The position numbers and the translations under genes are program-made. Below, piece after piece: positions 20,454 through 29,807 of a stretch of DNA of 64,000 nucleotides (within the stretch, counting starts at the first letter, position 1; the number at the start of each line of letters is the position of its first letter). The DNA lies in NCBI GenBank assembly GCA_963833985.1, contig CAWIAD010000002.1, positions 6,240,001 to 6,304,000 of the forward strand, in the 5' to 3' direction. Source of the DNA: an uncultured Planctomycetaceae bacterium. GTDB taxonomy: Bacteria > Planctomycetota > Planctomycetia > Isosphaerales > Isosphaeraceae. The notes below the pieces were generated by a model that was not told the DNA's origin, searched no databases, and was given only the letters and a program-made list of their open reading frames with translations.

Positions 20454-20942
20454 CTATGGCCTGAGCATGCTGGGCACGGTCGGGTTCGGCTCGATGGGGG
20501 CCTGGAACAGGCTCTTGCCGTTCTCGTCCTGGAGTCGTAGCCGGGGTGAGCCGTCGGGCTCCAGCCCCAGGAAGATCCGTGGCCGGCGCTGGCTGTCCAG
20601 CAGCGTCAGAGCCACCTGGTTCGCCTTGTTGACCGTGAGCACGAGCTGCGGGTGATTGGCACCCCTGTGACTGAGCTGGAATACCGCGCCGTCGTTCGGG
20701 TCGGGCGTGAGGCCCAGCAGCGCGCGGGGATACCCTCCCCTGTCGGTGAGCAGGATGGTCCCCGCACGCACCTCCTCGACGCGCTCGGCAAGCTGGGCGC
20801 CGGCAAGGGTCATGAGAACCAGGCCAGCCACGAGCAGGCCGCCGATGCGTTTCATGAGCCGGTTGGTCCGGCGCAAGTTCCGGCATTCCCGCTCCAGCGC
20901 CTCGACACGATCGGCAAGCTCTTCCAGCGGCAGCTTCACCAT
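20454..20942 (-). CDS. Hypothetical protein (coiled coil, TM helix, beta-repeat region)
   Basis: LADRVEALERECRNLRR, a TM segment, repeated L.D..G.PR..LG units. Confidence 0.75.
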   Translation of the reverse strand: MVKLPLEELADRVEALERECRNLRRTNRLMKRIGGLLVAGLVLMTLAGAQLAERVEEVRAGTILLTDRGGYPRALLGLTPDPNDGAVFQLSHRGANHPQLVLTVNKANQVALTLLDSQRRPRIFLGLEPDGSPRLRLQDENGKSLFQAPIEPNPTVPSMLRP

Positions 20943-20979
20943 GGAGGCCTCTCCCTGGGACTCCGGCGTACCCGTCCGG

Positions 20980-21663
20980 TCATCGATCACGTACGGAGTC
21001 CATGATCTCTGCAACGTCCTCAAACGTGGTATGAGCATCGGTGTACATGAACGCGAATGCCAGGGTCCGCGCGCCGAACGAGCGGAGCCGGAAGTCGATG
21101 TGAGCCGTCGTGCCGTAGTCAAAGTGAAACCGCTCGTAACTGACCAGGATTCGCCGCCACGATCCGTGAGTTCCCACGCGCATGTCGTGGCTGCAAGCTT
21201 CCGCGGGCGCCTGCTTGACGATCCGCGCCTCCACGTCTTTGATCGAGTCGGGCAGATCGTAGACGCGCACCTGGAAATCGTTGAAGAAGCGTCCCTCGTT
21301 CCCCCAGCCCTCGCTGCCCACGTGCGCCGCACAGCGATCGAAGGGAAGCGCCGCGTTGCAGATCCGGGCGAATTCCACGTCCCATTCGTCGCGCTCGGGT
21401 TGCCGGATCGGCTCGAGCTCAGCGCGCGCGAGATACAGATTGTTCTTGTGTTCGTTGTACCAGTTCACCCAGACGGCGGGGATCTTGAAGTTCAACTTCG
21501 ACGGGTGGAGGGTGATTGCTGCGCGGTCGCGCGATGCGAAGGGGCGTGAGACGTCTCCTTGCTCTGACGTTGTTCCCTGCGGCGAAGCACCAGCCGGCTG
21601 CTCGTAGTTGCAGGCCGCGAGCGGGAAGAGAGTGGCGATCAGGAGACATGACGTGCGACGCAT
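20980..21663 (-). CDS. Hypothetical lipoprotein
   Basis: MRRTSCLLIATLFPLAAC lipobox; gaggg upstream. Confidence 0.75.
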   Translation of the reverse strand: MRRTSCLLIATLFPLAACNYEQPAGASPQGTTSEQGDVSRPFASRDRAAITLHPSKLNFKIPAVWVNWYNEHKNNLYLARAELEPIRQPERDEWDVEFARICNAALPFDRCAAHVGSEGWGNEGRFFNDFQVRVYDLPDSIKDVEARIVKQAPAEACSHDMRVGTHGSWRRILVSYERFHFDYGTTAHIDFRLRSFGARTLAFAFMYTDAHTTFEDVAEIMDSVRDR

Positions 21664-21869
21664 CGGCCCGCCCTCGATAGGGTCCCCATCAGTCTGCGTC
21701 AAGTCTACACGGCCATGAACTCGGACGCTCGCCATTTTCTGAATTCGAGAACCGCAGATCAAACCACGAAGGTCATGGAGCCAGGAGCCTCGAGGGAATG
21801 ATCAAGGCGGGCCTGCTTCAAGCAGCGCCAGGTGTGCTGGGTGGAGTGGATGTTGAAGCGAAGACGATG

Positions 21870-22036
21870 GAACCACGAAGGGCACGAAGAGCACGAAGAA
21901 GAGGATGGGGATTGTTGCTCGGAGATGCAACGCTGCGCGGGGAAGAGGTAACGGGAAGAGAATGTCGTGCACGAGCCGGGAGGCGCACGCCAGCGACAAG
22001 AGGCATTCTTTGTGGTCTTTGTGTCCTTTGTGGTTC
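21870..22036. repeat. Inverted-repeat element built of three 9-nt CAC(G/A)AAG units per arm
   Basis: 21870-21900 gaaccacgaagggcacgaagagcacgaagaa; 22006-22036 reverse complement gaaccacaaaggacacaaagaccacaaagaa. Confidence 0.85.
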
Positions 22037-22116
22037 ATATCTTTCTTTCTACCGGCAGCCTCACGGACGGAGGCCTTCCCGGTGCGTCGTCGCTGCGCTG
22101 GACGCACGCGACAGGG

Positions 22117-23202
22117 CTACCTTTTGAGCATTCTCTCCGTGGTTGAACTGACTTTCCCGAACCTCAGCTCGTAGCGTCTTGATCCCAGCGAGGACGTCGA
22201 GAGCATGACCTCGTCGTCTCCCAGGTCGTACAGTGCCGGCCATGTGAGCCAGGTGCGGTCGGGCGAACGCTCGGAGATCCAGCCGCGCTGTGCCGCCAGC
22301 GTCCAGCTTTGTCCGCCGTCGTCACTCCAGGAGATCCGGTTGGTGCACGATGTGAGGAGCAACCGCCCATCACCAAGCTCCACCACGTTAGGGCCCGCCT
22401 GGTGTCCCTGGATGAGACGCCCCAGCCCCTCCGGCCAGTTCAACCCGTCGGCTGACGCTTTCACGTAGACCGGGGCACCGGCCGGCCCCACCACCTCGTA
22501 CACGGCGAGGTAGCGGCCGCTCTTCAAGCGGATGACCACGGGCATGCCCGGGCGCAGCTTGCCGCCGCCCGGCTGTGCCGCCAGGGCACGTTCCTCTCGC
22601 CAGGTGGCTCCGCCGTCGGCCGAGACCCGGATCGAGCAGACCTGGCTGAACGGTGGATTGTCACGTGAGTGCTTTTCATTCGCATAGGCGACGGCCAGCG
22701 TGCCGTCCGGCAACGTGTACAGCCAGGGCTCCCAGAGCCCCCTGCCGAAGATCTCCCGGGGCGCCACCTCGCTGGCATCGATCACGCCGTGGGGGCTCCA
22801 GCTCTTTCCGTCCCGAACTCCGCGAAACACCAGAAGCCGCCCCGATGAGCGGTCCACCGCGACCGACCGGCAGGTCAAGAGCAGCGGTCCGCCGGGGGCC
22901 TGGAACAGCAGGCCGTTGTCGAGGTTGCGATCCGGCTGGGTCACTGCGGTAAGGTCAATCCACGTCCGGCATCGGTCGCTGCTGCGCGCGATCACCAGCC
23001 GGCTCGGCGCGTCCTTCACCAGTTCGGTCCGCACCGAGAGCCACCTGTCCTCGCCCAGTCTCAACACCCGGATCCAGACCGCGTGCCCGGGCTTGACCGT
23101 GTCGCCCCATGCCACCGGTTCATCGCCCTTCGTCATGGGAGGCAAAACCACAAGCGGCATCAAGGAGACGCAGTACGCGAACCCTGAGAATCCTCGTCGC
23201 AT
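22117..23202 (-). CDS. Secreted sialidase-like (BNR/Asp-box) protein
   Basis: Asp-boxes SSDRCRTW, SADGGATW, SADGLNW, SDDGGQSW; GLWEP, RPGMP. Confidence 0.85.
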   Translation of the reverse strand: MRRGFSGFAYCVSLMPLVVLPPMTKGDEPVAWGDTVKPGHAVWIRVLRLGEDRWLSVRTELVKDAPSRLVIARSSDRCRTWIDLTAVTQPDRNLDNGLLFQAPGGPLLLTCRSVAVDRSSGRLLVFRGVRDGKSWSPHGVIDASEVAPREIFGRGLWEPWLYTLPDGTLAVAYANEKHSRDNPPFSQVCSIRVSADGGATWREERALAAQPGGGKLRPGMPVVIRLKSGRYLAVYEVVGPAGAPVYVKASADGLNWPEGLGRLIQGHQAGPNVVELGDGRLLLTSCTNRISWSDDGGQSWTLAAQRGWISERSPDRTWLTWPALYDLGDDEVMLSTSSLGSRRYELRFGKVSSTTERMLKR

Positions 23203-23317
23203 CGCTCTCTTTCCGGCTTGTGACCAGGACGCGAGTGTCACTCGCGGACCATCTTCCTCGGAATACCGTACGCCAGACAGGCTCATCGGCGTGATGCAGG
23301 CAGCATAAGAAAGACTT

Positions 23318-23346
23318 GAAACACAAAGGGCACGAAGGCCACAAAG
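23318..23346. repeat. Solo arm of the CAC(G/A)AAG x3 repeat
   Basis: gaaacacaaagggcacgaaggccacaaag. Confidence 0.7.
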
Positions 23347-23858
23347 GGGGGAAACAGAGCTTTCCACAAGGAGCCGGGCTTGGAGCCTATGATGGGTCCC
23401 GGTCTGGTAGCCGACCTCGTATTCGAATCTGATCAAAAAATCAGCTCGCGTCGAAACGCCTCCTGACGCTCTCGGATCGGTCGGCTCAGAATCGCGATGC
23501 AGCGATCCCAGCCGTGTACGGGGATCCTGCGGCTTGAGGTCTTCAAGAGCCTTCCTCAGCCGGGAGATCTGCTTACGCGTCGCAGCGTATTTCTTCTGTG
23601 CGTAAGCTGTAATGGTTCAGCGTGAAATGGAGAAACCGGGGCCGAAAGATAAGGCAGAGTGAACATTCACACAGATGGACCGATTTACCGCTTTCGTACC
23701 AATCCCGAAGGAGAAGACAGGGCGGCATCGTGCCGCCCCCTTCGGTCTTGGTCCCTGGGTCGGCGCTCAGGTCGTGTCGCCACGTTGCCTTACCTTCCGC
23801 CCAGGCCATCTCTCATCGTAGCCGCACCGAGCTGAACGAGACAATCGCCTCCCTGTGA

Positions 23859-24848
23859 TCAACCCGTCGCTCGGGTCGTCGCACGCACCTGTTCCCTCCT
23901 TTCACGGGCAGTCTCCAGCTTACGGTCGCGGTCGGCGAAGATCGCTGGACCACGGCCGGCCAGCTTGTCGGCCGGGGCGATGTAACCGATCGCAGAATGA
24001 AGACGCACTTGATTGTAGTGATCAACATAACGTTCCACGAGACGACGGGCATCCTCCAGCGACAGCGGCACGCCGGGCCGGATGCACTCGGATTTCAGCG
24101 AGCGGTGCCAGCGCTCGATCTTGCCGTTGCTTTGCGGATAATATGGCGATGTTCTCACATGTGTCATACCGCAAATCCGAATGAACTCCTTGAAATCCCT
24201 GGCGATGAACTGGGGCCCGTTGTCAGAGATGATCCGCGGGCGGGCGTCAGGGTATCGCTCGCGTGCGCGCTGGATGATCGTCTCGACTTCAGCCTCGGTC
24301 ATGCTCGCGCGGAGCTCCCAGTGGACGATGAACCGGCTGCAGCCGTCGAGCAGGCTGCAAAGCGAGTAGAACGTGCCGGCGACGTTGATGTGCGACATGT
24401 CCACGTGCCAGTGCTCGTGGGGCAAAAGTGGCTGCTGGAAGCCTTTGCCTTTGAGTGAAGGTTTGCTGTTATGATGCTTTATCAACCCCGCATCACGGAG
24501 CACGCGATAGACGCTGGAAGGGCTGACCGCGACGACATCGCCGTCGAGCATCATGAACGCCAGTCGCCGGTAGCCGTCGACGGGATGGTCCTTGTGGAAC
24601 TCGATGATGGCTCGCTTTTCCCACGGCTCCAGCCACCAGTCGCGTGGAACCAAGGCATTGTGCTCGTTGGCCAGTCCATAGCGAGTCTTCCAGTTCTGGA
24701 ACTTGCTGGCTGCGATCCCCAGCCAGGTGATGAACCTGGCGACGGGGATCTCGGTTCGCTGCGACCAGCGCCTGACGAAGTCAACGATGCCGTCGCGGGT
24801 ATCGTGGGGAACCCATGCCTTGGTCAGAGCTCCCCAAGCTCTTTTTTT
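23859..24848 (-). CDS. IS3 family transposase OrfB (DDE), expressed by -1 frameshift
   Basis: GYRRL, WHVDMSHI, ISDNGPQF, PQSNGKIERWHRSLK, YNQVRLHSAIGY. Confidence 0.95.
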   Translation of the reverse strand, partial: KKRAWGALTKAWVPHDTRDGIVDFVRRWSQRTEIPVARFITWLGIAASKFQNWKTRYGLANEHNALVPRDWWLEPWEKRAIIEFHKDHPVDGYRRLAFMMLDGDVVAVSPSSVYRVLRDAGLIKHHNSKPSLKGKGFQQPLLPHEHWHVDMSHINVAGTFYSLCSLLDGCSRFIVHWELRASMTEAEVETIIQRARERYPDARPRIISDNGPQFIARDFKEFIRICGMTHVRTSPYYPQSNGKIERWHRSLKSECIRPGVPLSLEDARRLVERYVDHYNQVRLHSAIGYIAPADKLAGRGPAIFADRDRKLETARERREQVRATTRATG

Positions 24849-25132
24849 AGCTGGATGTGTTCCTCCATGAGCTCGGCGACGACTTCATTCTTGCGCTGGA
24901 GCTTGTCGCGGAGGGCTGCGATGGTGCGAAGGTGCTGGCTCTCAGAGGGTCCGTTCTTGCGCTGGAAGGCCGCCGTGCCCCCCTCGAAGAACTGCTTCTG
25001 CCAGAGGTAGAACAACGTGGGCGACAGCTGGTGCTCGTCGCAGAGATCGGAAACGGCGACGCGATCGATGAGGTGGCGCCGGAGGATGGCGACCTTCTCG
25101 ACAGGCGTATAGTTCTTGCGGGGCTTTCGCAT
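24824..25132 (-). CDS. IS3 family transposase OrfA (HTH)
   Basis: RKNYTPVEKVAIL..VSDLCDEH..LFYLWQKQ. A7G slippery run (ctaaaaaaag, minus strand) at 24841-24850. Confidence 0.93.
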   Translation of the reverse strand: MRKPRKNYTPVEKVAILRRHLIDRVAVSDLCDEHQLSPTLFYLWQKQFFEGGTAAFQRKNGPSESQHLRTIAALRDKLQRKNEVVAELMEEHIQLKKELGEL

Positions 25133-25176
25133 GGTGAGACTCCTGCCGAGTTGTAGTATAAGGCGAGCGGCAGGTC

Positions 25177-26403
25177 TTAGTTTCCCTGCTGCTCGGTGAT
25201 TCTCGGTTTGATAGTGATGTCATACTTCGGCAGGGTCGCCGATCTTTCCAATCGAGCTTCGTACTGCTTCATCTCCTTGGCGGCGACTCGAACGCCATCG
25301 GGATACTCGCCGTGGAGGCGTTTCACGATCGGGTGCCGGCGCTTCCAGGTCATTCGTAGGGCGCATTGCAGGACCACCTTCAGGCAGTTCAGTAACACGC
25401 CGTTCCATTTCTTCTCCAGGGCCGACCAGCAGCGTTCAATCGGGTTGTATTTGCTGTGGTAGGGGGGATAGTACACCAACCGAATCTCCAACCCCGACCA
25501 GTCGGCAAACTGGACCATCCGTTTCAGGAACTGGGTCCGCCGACCGGAGTTCTTGGGGCCGTTGTCCAGATAGATCACCAGGCGCTTGACATGCCCGAAG
25601 CCTGACCGGACCTGCAGCCACCACATGCGGAGCGCATCGGCCCAAGCGTCGCTGGTCTGCGCGATCCGAACAGGAGCATCAATACCCCGGTCACCCGCAT
25701 CACGATGCCGAAAGGGACCAGCTTCTCCTTGGCTGGCGGATCGTGATCCCATCCCTTGGCCACTTGACCGTCGGCGGCGGTCCTGGTTTTTCCCCCCACG
25801 AGCGTAATCGCCCAATCCCACCTTCGCCTTGGTGTCCATGGAGATCTCCAGCGCCTCAGGATCGTCCCGAGCCTGTTGCTGCACCTCCTTCACGTTGGCG
25901 AAGATCGCGTCGGTCTCCTTGGTCTTCTTCAGCGGCCTGCCCTTCTGAATCCGCTTGAGGCGGAAGTTCATGCGGTTGAGGATGTCCCGCATGGTGCGCT
26001 CGCTGGGCAACGCGTCTCGGGGATAGCCCTTGTCAATCAAGGCTCCTCGCACCTCCGCCGCCGACAGGTTCATGTACCGTCGCGACGACTTCAGTTCCGG
26101 ATCGGCGTAGGTATGGGGCTCGACGATCGCACGGATGTCCGCAGCCAGTTGCGGGTCCTTCTCTTCGCTGCGCAGCCGACCTCTCGCGACGAAATTCTCG
26201 AGACAGCGTATCCCTTGACGGGCCTCGTGCAGTCCTTTCAGGACCGTTTCTCGTCCCCAGCCGAAGCGTCGTTCAGCTTGGCGGGCGCTGCCTTCACAGA
26301 GTTCCGTGGCCACCTCGGCCATGAACAATCGGCGCTGGTATCCGGTCAGCCGTCTGGCTCCCGAACAGATCAAGGCGTCGAGGCACTCAGTGGATCCTTC
26401 CAT
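25177..26403 (-). CDS. ISAzo13 family transposase (two compensating internal frame changes)
   Basis: FGWGRETV..G, PSERTMRDILNR, ISMDTKAKV, LDNGPKNSGRRTQF, YYPPYHSKYNPIERCW. The likely conserved middle (GWDHDPPAKEKLVPFGI) lies in the frame of ORF 25575..25799. Confidence 0.92.
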   Translation of the reverse strand: MEGSTECLDALICSGARRLTGYQRRLFMAEVATELCEGSARQAERRFGWGRETVLKGLHEARQGIRCLENFVARGRLRSEEKDPQLAADIRAIVEPHTYADPELKSSRRYMNLSAAEVRGALIDKGYPRDALPSERTMRDILNRMNFRLKRIQKGRPLKKTKETDAIFANVKEVQQQARDDPEALEISMDTKAKVGLGDYARGGKNQDRRRRSSGQGMGSRSASQGEAGPFRHRDAGDRGIDAPVRIAQTSDAWADALRMWWLQVRSGFGHVKRLVIYLDNGPKNSGRRTQFLKRMVQFADWSGLEIRLVYYPPYHSKYNPIERCWSALEKKWNGVLLNCLKVVLQCALRMTWKRRHPIVKRLHGEYPDGVRVAAKEMKQYEARLERSATLPKYDITIKPRITEQQGN

Positions 26404-26557
26404 GACGGTTCCCCTCCCTGGTGTACAGACGGCAACAGGCCAGGCTCTAGCCTTGCATCATCTCACAGAACGGGGAAGCTCAATTCCGGGTAGATCTCGA
26501 CGTGCCGGTCGCCTAACTCGGGTGGTACGCCTCTCCATTTCCGGCTGAAGCAAGACA

Positions 26558-27179
26558 AAGCAAGCTTCGCCTGCGCGGCCTCAATCTCCCGTTTTGCAAC
26601 TTGCTCTTCCTTCCGCGCGGCCGCGATGCGCGCCAGGGCATAGCTCTCGTTGGCCTGCTGCCATGCGCTCGATGCCTCCTTCCCCGGCTGTTCCGTGGCC
26701 TTCCGCGCGGCGTGGACCAGGGCCAGAAGCGCTTCCTCTCTCGCGATGTGGGCGTCGGAGGCGGCCGCCTCACTCACGGCGACGGTCACCTCTCGCCTCG
26801 TCGTCAGGGTCTCTGACTCAAGCAATGCGAGATCATCCTCGGCTTGCTCGATGTCATCGGCAGGAGAGCCGGGAGCTCCGTTCAACAGATCCAGGTCATT
26901 ACGAGCCTCAGCGAGATTCTTTTCCAGGAGCTCGCTCAGTCGCTGCACCGTCTTCGCTCTTTGCACGGTAGCTTCCTTCGCTTGCCGGGCTGCCTTGAGC
27001 AACTTCTTTGCATCTTCCACGGAGATTGGCCGATCTCCCGGGGACCGCTGTACCTTGACGCCGTCATCGGGTCGGGCACGCGCTGCGGGTGCGGGTGCGA
27101 GCACCATGCCGCAGGCCGCGATCAGCGAGAGCCAGCCCCTTCGATGAATCCAGATGACGCGGGCCCTGCGGGTCAACAT
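26558..27179 (-). pseudogene. Secreted coiled-coil protein interrupted by the IS3 element; 3' part resumes at 23603
   Basis: Signal peptide and helical heptads ...AAQAKLA. Removing the IS and one AAGC gives in-frame YAQKKYAATRKQISRLRKALEDLK. Confidence 0.8.
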
Positions 27180-27335
27180 GAGCACCTCCGGTTCCGACGT
27201 GCTGCTCTCACGCTCTTGGCCGTACTGCTGACGATACCCAGCTCGCATTCAGAATACGACACGCGCGAGCGACTTCAGAGATGTGAGTTTCGCTCGAGGT
27301 CATGCACCGGGACCTGGCTACCCCTCGGTGGCGTC

Positions 27336-27755
27336 TTACCTGCCGAGGTTGTGCGGCCCGAACGCCCGGGGAAGGAGGCTCGCGAGAGCGGTTTCGATCG
27401 TGGCGGGGCCATCGCAGACGCTCAGCACGTCGGCATCGGGGCCGAACTCGTTGAGGACCTGCCGGCAGGCGCCGCAGGGGGCGGTGGGGCTGGCCGTGGG
27501 AGTGTAGACGAGGACGGCCCGGATGCGCACCGGGCCGGCTGATCCTGATTGTGCGACGGCCTGGAACACGGCGGAGCGCTCGGCGCAGATGGTCAGGCCG
27601 TAGGAAGCATTCTCGACGTTGCAGCCGCTGAAGATCTCGCCCTGCTCCGTCAACACCGCTGCGCCGACGGGGAACTTGCTGTACGGGCAATAGGCGCGCG
27701 AAGCCGCTTCGCGCGCGGCCTCGAGGAGTGCTGTTCGTTGCTCGTCCGGGATCAT
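27336..27755 (-). CDS. cdd: Cytidine deaminase
   Basis: AYCPYSKFPVGAA, GCNVENASYGLTICAER, PCGACRQ, LLPRAF. Confidence 0.96.
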   Translation of the reverse strand: MIPDEQRTALLEAAREAASRAYCPYSKFPVGAAVLTEQGEIFSGCNVENASYGLTICAERSAVFQAVAQSGSAGPVRIRAVLVYTPTASPTAPCGACRQVLNEFGPDADVLSVCDGPATIETALASLLPRAFGPHNLGR

Positions 27756-27791
27756 GGTCACGTCACGCCCACTCCCGAGGCGGTGGCCGGG

Positions 27792-29570
27792 TCAAGCCGG
27801 ATCGTTCGCCTCGCCGCTCGAACCGCCCAGTTGTTCGACGCCAACCCGGGCACAGAACTCGCCGAAGCTCTCGCGGTCTTGCCGTTCGGCGCGGAAGCGT
27901 TCGAGCACCGGAACCAGGGTCGCGACGACCTCGTGGTGCGGGACGTAGTCCTTGTACTCGGTGTTGAGCCGATCACCGAGGGTGCGCCCGCCCAGGAAGA
28001 TGGTGTAAGTCCCCGCGCCCGGCTTGCCGTCGGGACCGATATGGGCCGAGCGGCCGACCAGGCCGATGTCGGCGTTGTAGGGGCGGGCGCAGCCGTTGGG
28101 GCAGCCGGTCATGCGCACGCTCAGGCGCTCCTCGGCCAGGCCCAGGCGGGTGAGCTCGCCCTCCAGCTCGTCGAGCAGCGTGGGCATGGCGCGCTCGGCC
28201 TCGGTGACGGCCTGGCCGCAGGTGGGCAAGGCGGGACAGGCCATGGCCCAGCGGCGGACCGTGGAGATGCGCTCCACCGTGGCAATGCCGTACTCCTCGA
28301 GCCAGGCGTGGATCGGCGCGCGCCAGGCCGGTTCGATGTCGGCCAGCAGGATCGACTGCTGACAGGTCAGCCGCGCCGGGACGGGGTAACGCTCGAAAAA
28401 CGCGCGCAGCCCGCTGAAGAGCCGGAAGGAGCCTTCGTCCTTGATCCGCCCGTTCTCGACCGGGATGCCCAGGAAGAGCTTGCCGTCGCCCTGCTCGTGC
28501 CAGCCCATGTGGTCGTCGACGCCCGTCACGACCACCGGCTTCGGGTCATCGAGGGGATGGCCGAGGTACTCCTCGATCTTGGCCCGGAACGCGGGCAGGC
28601 CCCAGTCGTGAATGACATATTTGAGCCGCGCGCGCTTGCGGTCGGAGCGGTTGCCGAAATCACGAAAGACCTTCAGCACCGCCTCGCCAATCTCGAGCAC
28701 CTTGTCGCGGGAAACGTAGCAGAGCGGGACAGAGAGCATGGGGAACGTCTTCTGGGCGCTCGGGGTGGTTCCCAGCCCGCCGCCCACCAGCACGTTGTAG
28801 CCGGCAATCCGGCCGTCCTGGACGATGGCCAGGTAGCCCAGGTCGTTGGCATGGATATCGGTGCAGTTGTCGTCCGGGAACGCGAACGCCGTCTTGAACT
28901 TGCGCGGCAGGTAGGCCTTGCCGTAGATCGGCTCGACCGGATCGTCGGCCGGAGTGGAAACCTGGGGCGGCTGGGCCGGAGGCAAGCTCTCGATCTTCTC
29001 GCCGTCCAGCCAGATCTCCCAGTAGCTGGAAGAGCGCGGGGCGGCGTGGGCGGCCCAGCGGTGCGCGTCCTCCTGAAGCTGGTCCCTCAGCGCGTCGTGC
29101 ACCGGTGCGGGGCAGCAGAGGACGTTCCGTTCGACGTCGCCGCAGGCCGCAAGCGTCGAGAGCAGGGTTTCATTGATCTGCCGGATCGCCGCCGGCAGGT
29201 CGGTCTTCAGAACGCCGTGGAGCTGAAACTCCTGGCGCGTGGTGACCCGCAGCGTGCCGTTGCCCAGCGAACTTGCCAGCTCGGCGCACGCCAGGTACTG
29301 CGCGGCGGTGAGCTTCCCGCCCACCACCCGCACCCGGACCATGAACTCGTACGCCTTGTCCTTCTTCTCGCGCTTGAGCTGGGTGCGCAGGTCGCGATCA
29401 TCCTGCTGGTAAGAACCGTGGAACTTGAGGATGTTCGCGGCGTCATCGCTGAAGTGGCTGGTTCCGTTGTTCAGCTCGTCGGCCACGAAGGTCTTGAGGT
29501 ACTCGCTGGCGAGCTTCACCGCCTCGACCTTGCTCGGCTTGGGACTGTTCGCGCCGGCCGTCGGCTCCAT
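27792..29570 (-). CDS. Assimilatory sulfite (or nitrite) reductase, siroheme/4Fe-4S hemoprotein (CysI/Sir-like)
   Basis: LKFHGSYQQDDRD, TTRQEFQLHG, ACGDVERN, YLPRKFK, MACPALPTCG, MTGCPNGCARPY. Confidence 0.95.
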   Translation of the reverse strand: MEPTAGANSPKPSKVEAVKLASEYLKTFVADELNNGTSHFSDDAANILKFHGSYQQDDRDLRTQLKREKKDKAYEFMVRVRVVGGKLTAAQYLACAELASSLGNGTLRVTTRQEFQLHGVLKTDLPAAIRQINETLLSTLAACGDVERNVLCCPAPVHDALRDQLQEDAHRWAAHAAPRSSSYWEIWLDGEKIESLPPAQPPQVSTPADDPVEPIYGKAYLPRKFKTAFAFPDDNCTDIHANDLGYLAIVQDGRIAGYNVLVGGGLGTTPSAQKTFPMLSVPLCYVSRDKVLEIGEAVLKVFRDFGNRSDRKRARLKYVIHDWGLPAFRAKIEEYLGHPLDDPKPVVVTGVDDHMGWHEQGDGKLFLGIPVENGRIKDEGSFRLFSGLRAFFERYPVPARLTCQQSILLADIEPAWRAPIHAWLEEYGIATVERISTVRRWAMACPALPTCGQAVTEAERAMPTLLDELEGELTRLGLAEERLSVRMTGCPNGCARPYNADIGLVGRSAHIGPDGKPGAGTYTIFLGGRTLGDRLNTEYKDYVPHHEVVATLVPVLERFRAERQDRESFGEFCARVGVEQLGGSSGEANDPA

Positions 29571-29631
29571 CGTCACCCTCGATTCTGTCGGTCAATCTTC
29601 ACTTTGTTGGTGATCTTGCTGAACTTTCTCT

Positions 29632-29660
29632 ATCATAGGGAATATGGCAACCGGGGACAA
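29632..29660 (-). promoter_or_regulatory. Putative sigma70 promoter of the sulfite reductase-cdd unit
   Basis: Minus strand TTGTCC-N17-TATGAT about 60 bp upstream of the start codon. Confidence 0.55.
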
Positions 29661-29748
29661 CACCCACTCGAACCGGGTTGTGCTTGCGCAACTTCGGTTC
29701 CAGGCGGCCCGGGTCTTGCCGGCACCTCGGTGGGGCCTTCCGAGCACG

Positions 29749-29775
29749 CCTTCTATCGATGCAATCGATGGAAGG
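29749..29775. terminator. Hairpin downstream of the LolA-like gene
   Basis: ccttctatcgat-gca-atcgatggaagg; no clear U-tract. Confidence 0.4.
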
Positions 29776-29807
29776 ACGCACGCTTTCAGGAGCATACCGG
29801 CCAGAAC

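Larger units (their letters stand above)
23608..26557 (-). mobile_element. IS3 family element with nested ISAzo13
   Basis: Terminal IRs tgtaatggttcagcgtgaaatggaga (23608) and tgtcttgcttcagccggaaatggaga (reverse complement, 26557). TG..CA ends; 4-bp direct repeat AAGC at 23604-23607 and 26558-26561. Confidence 0.92.
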
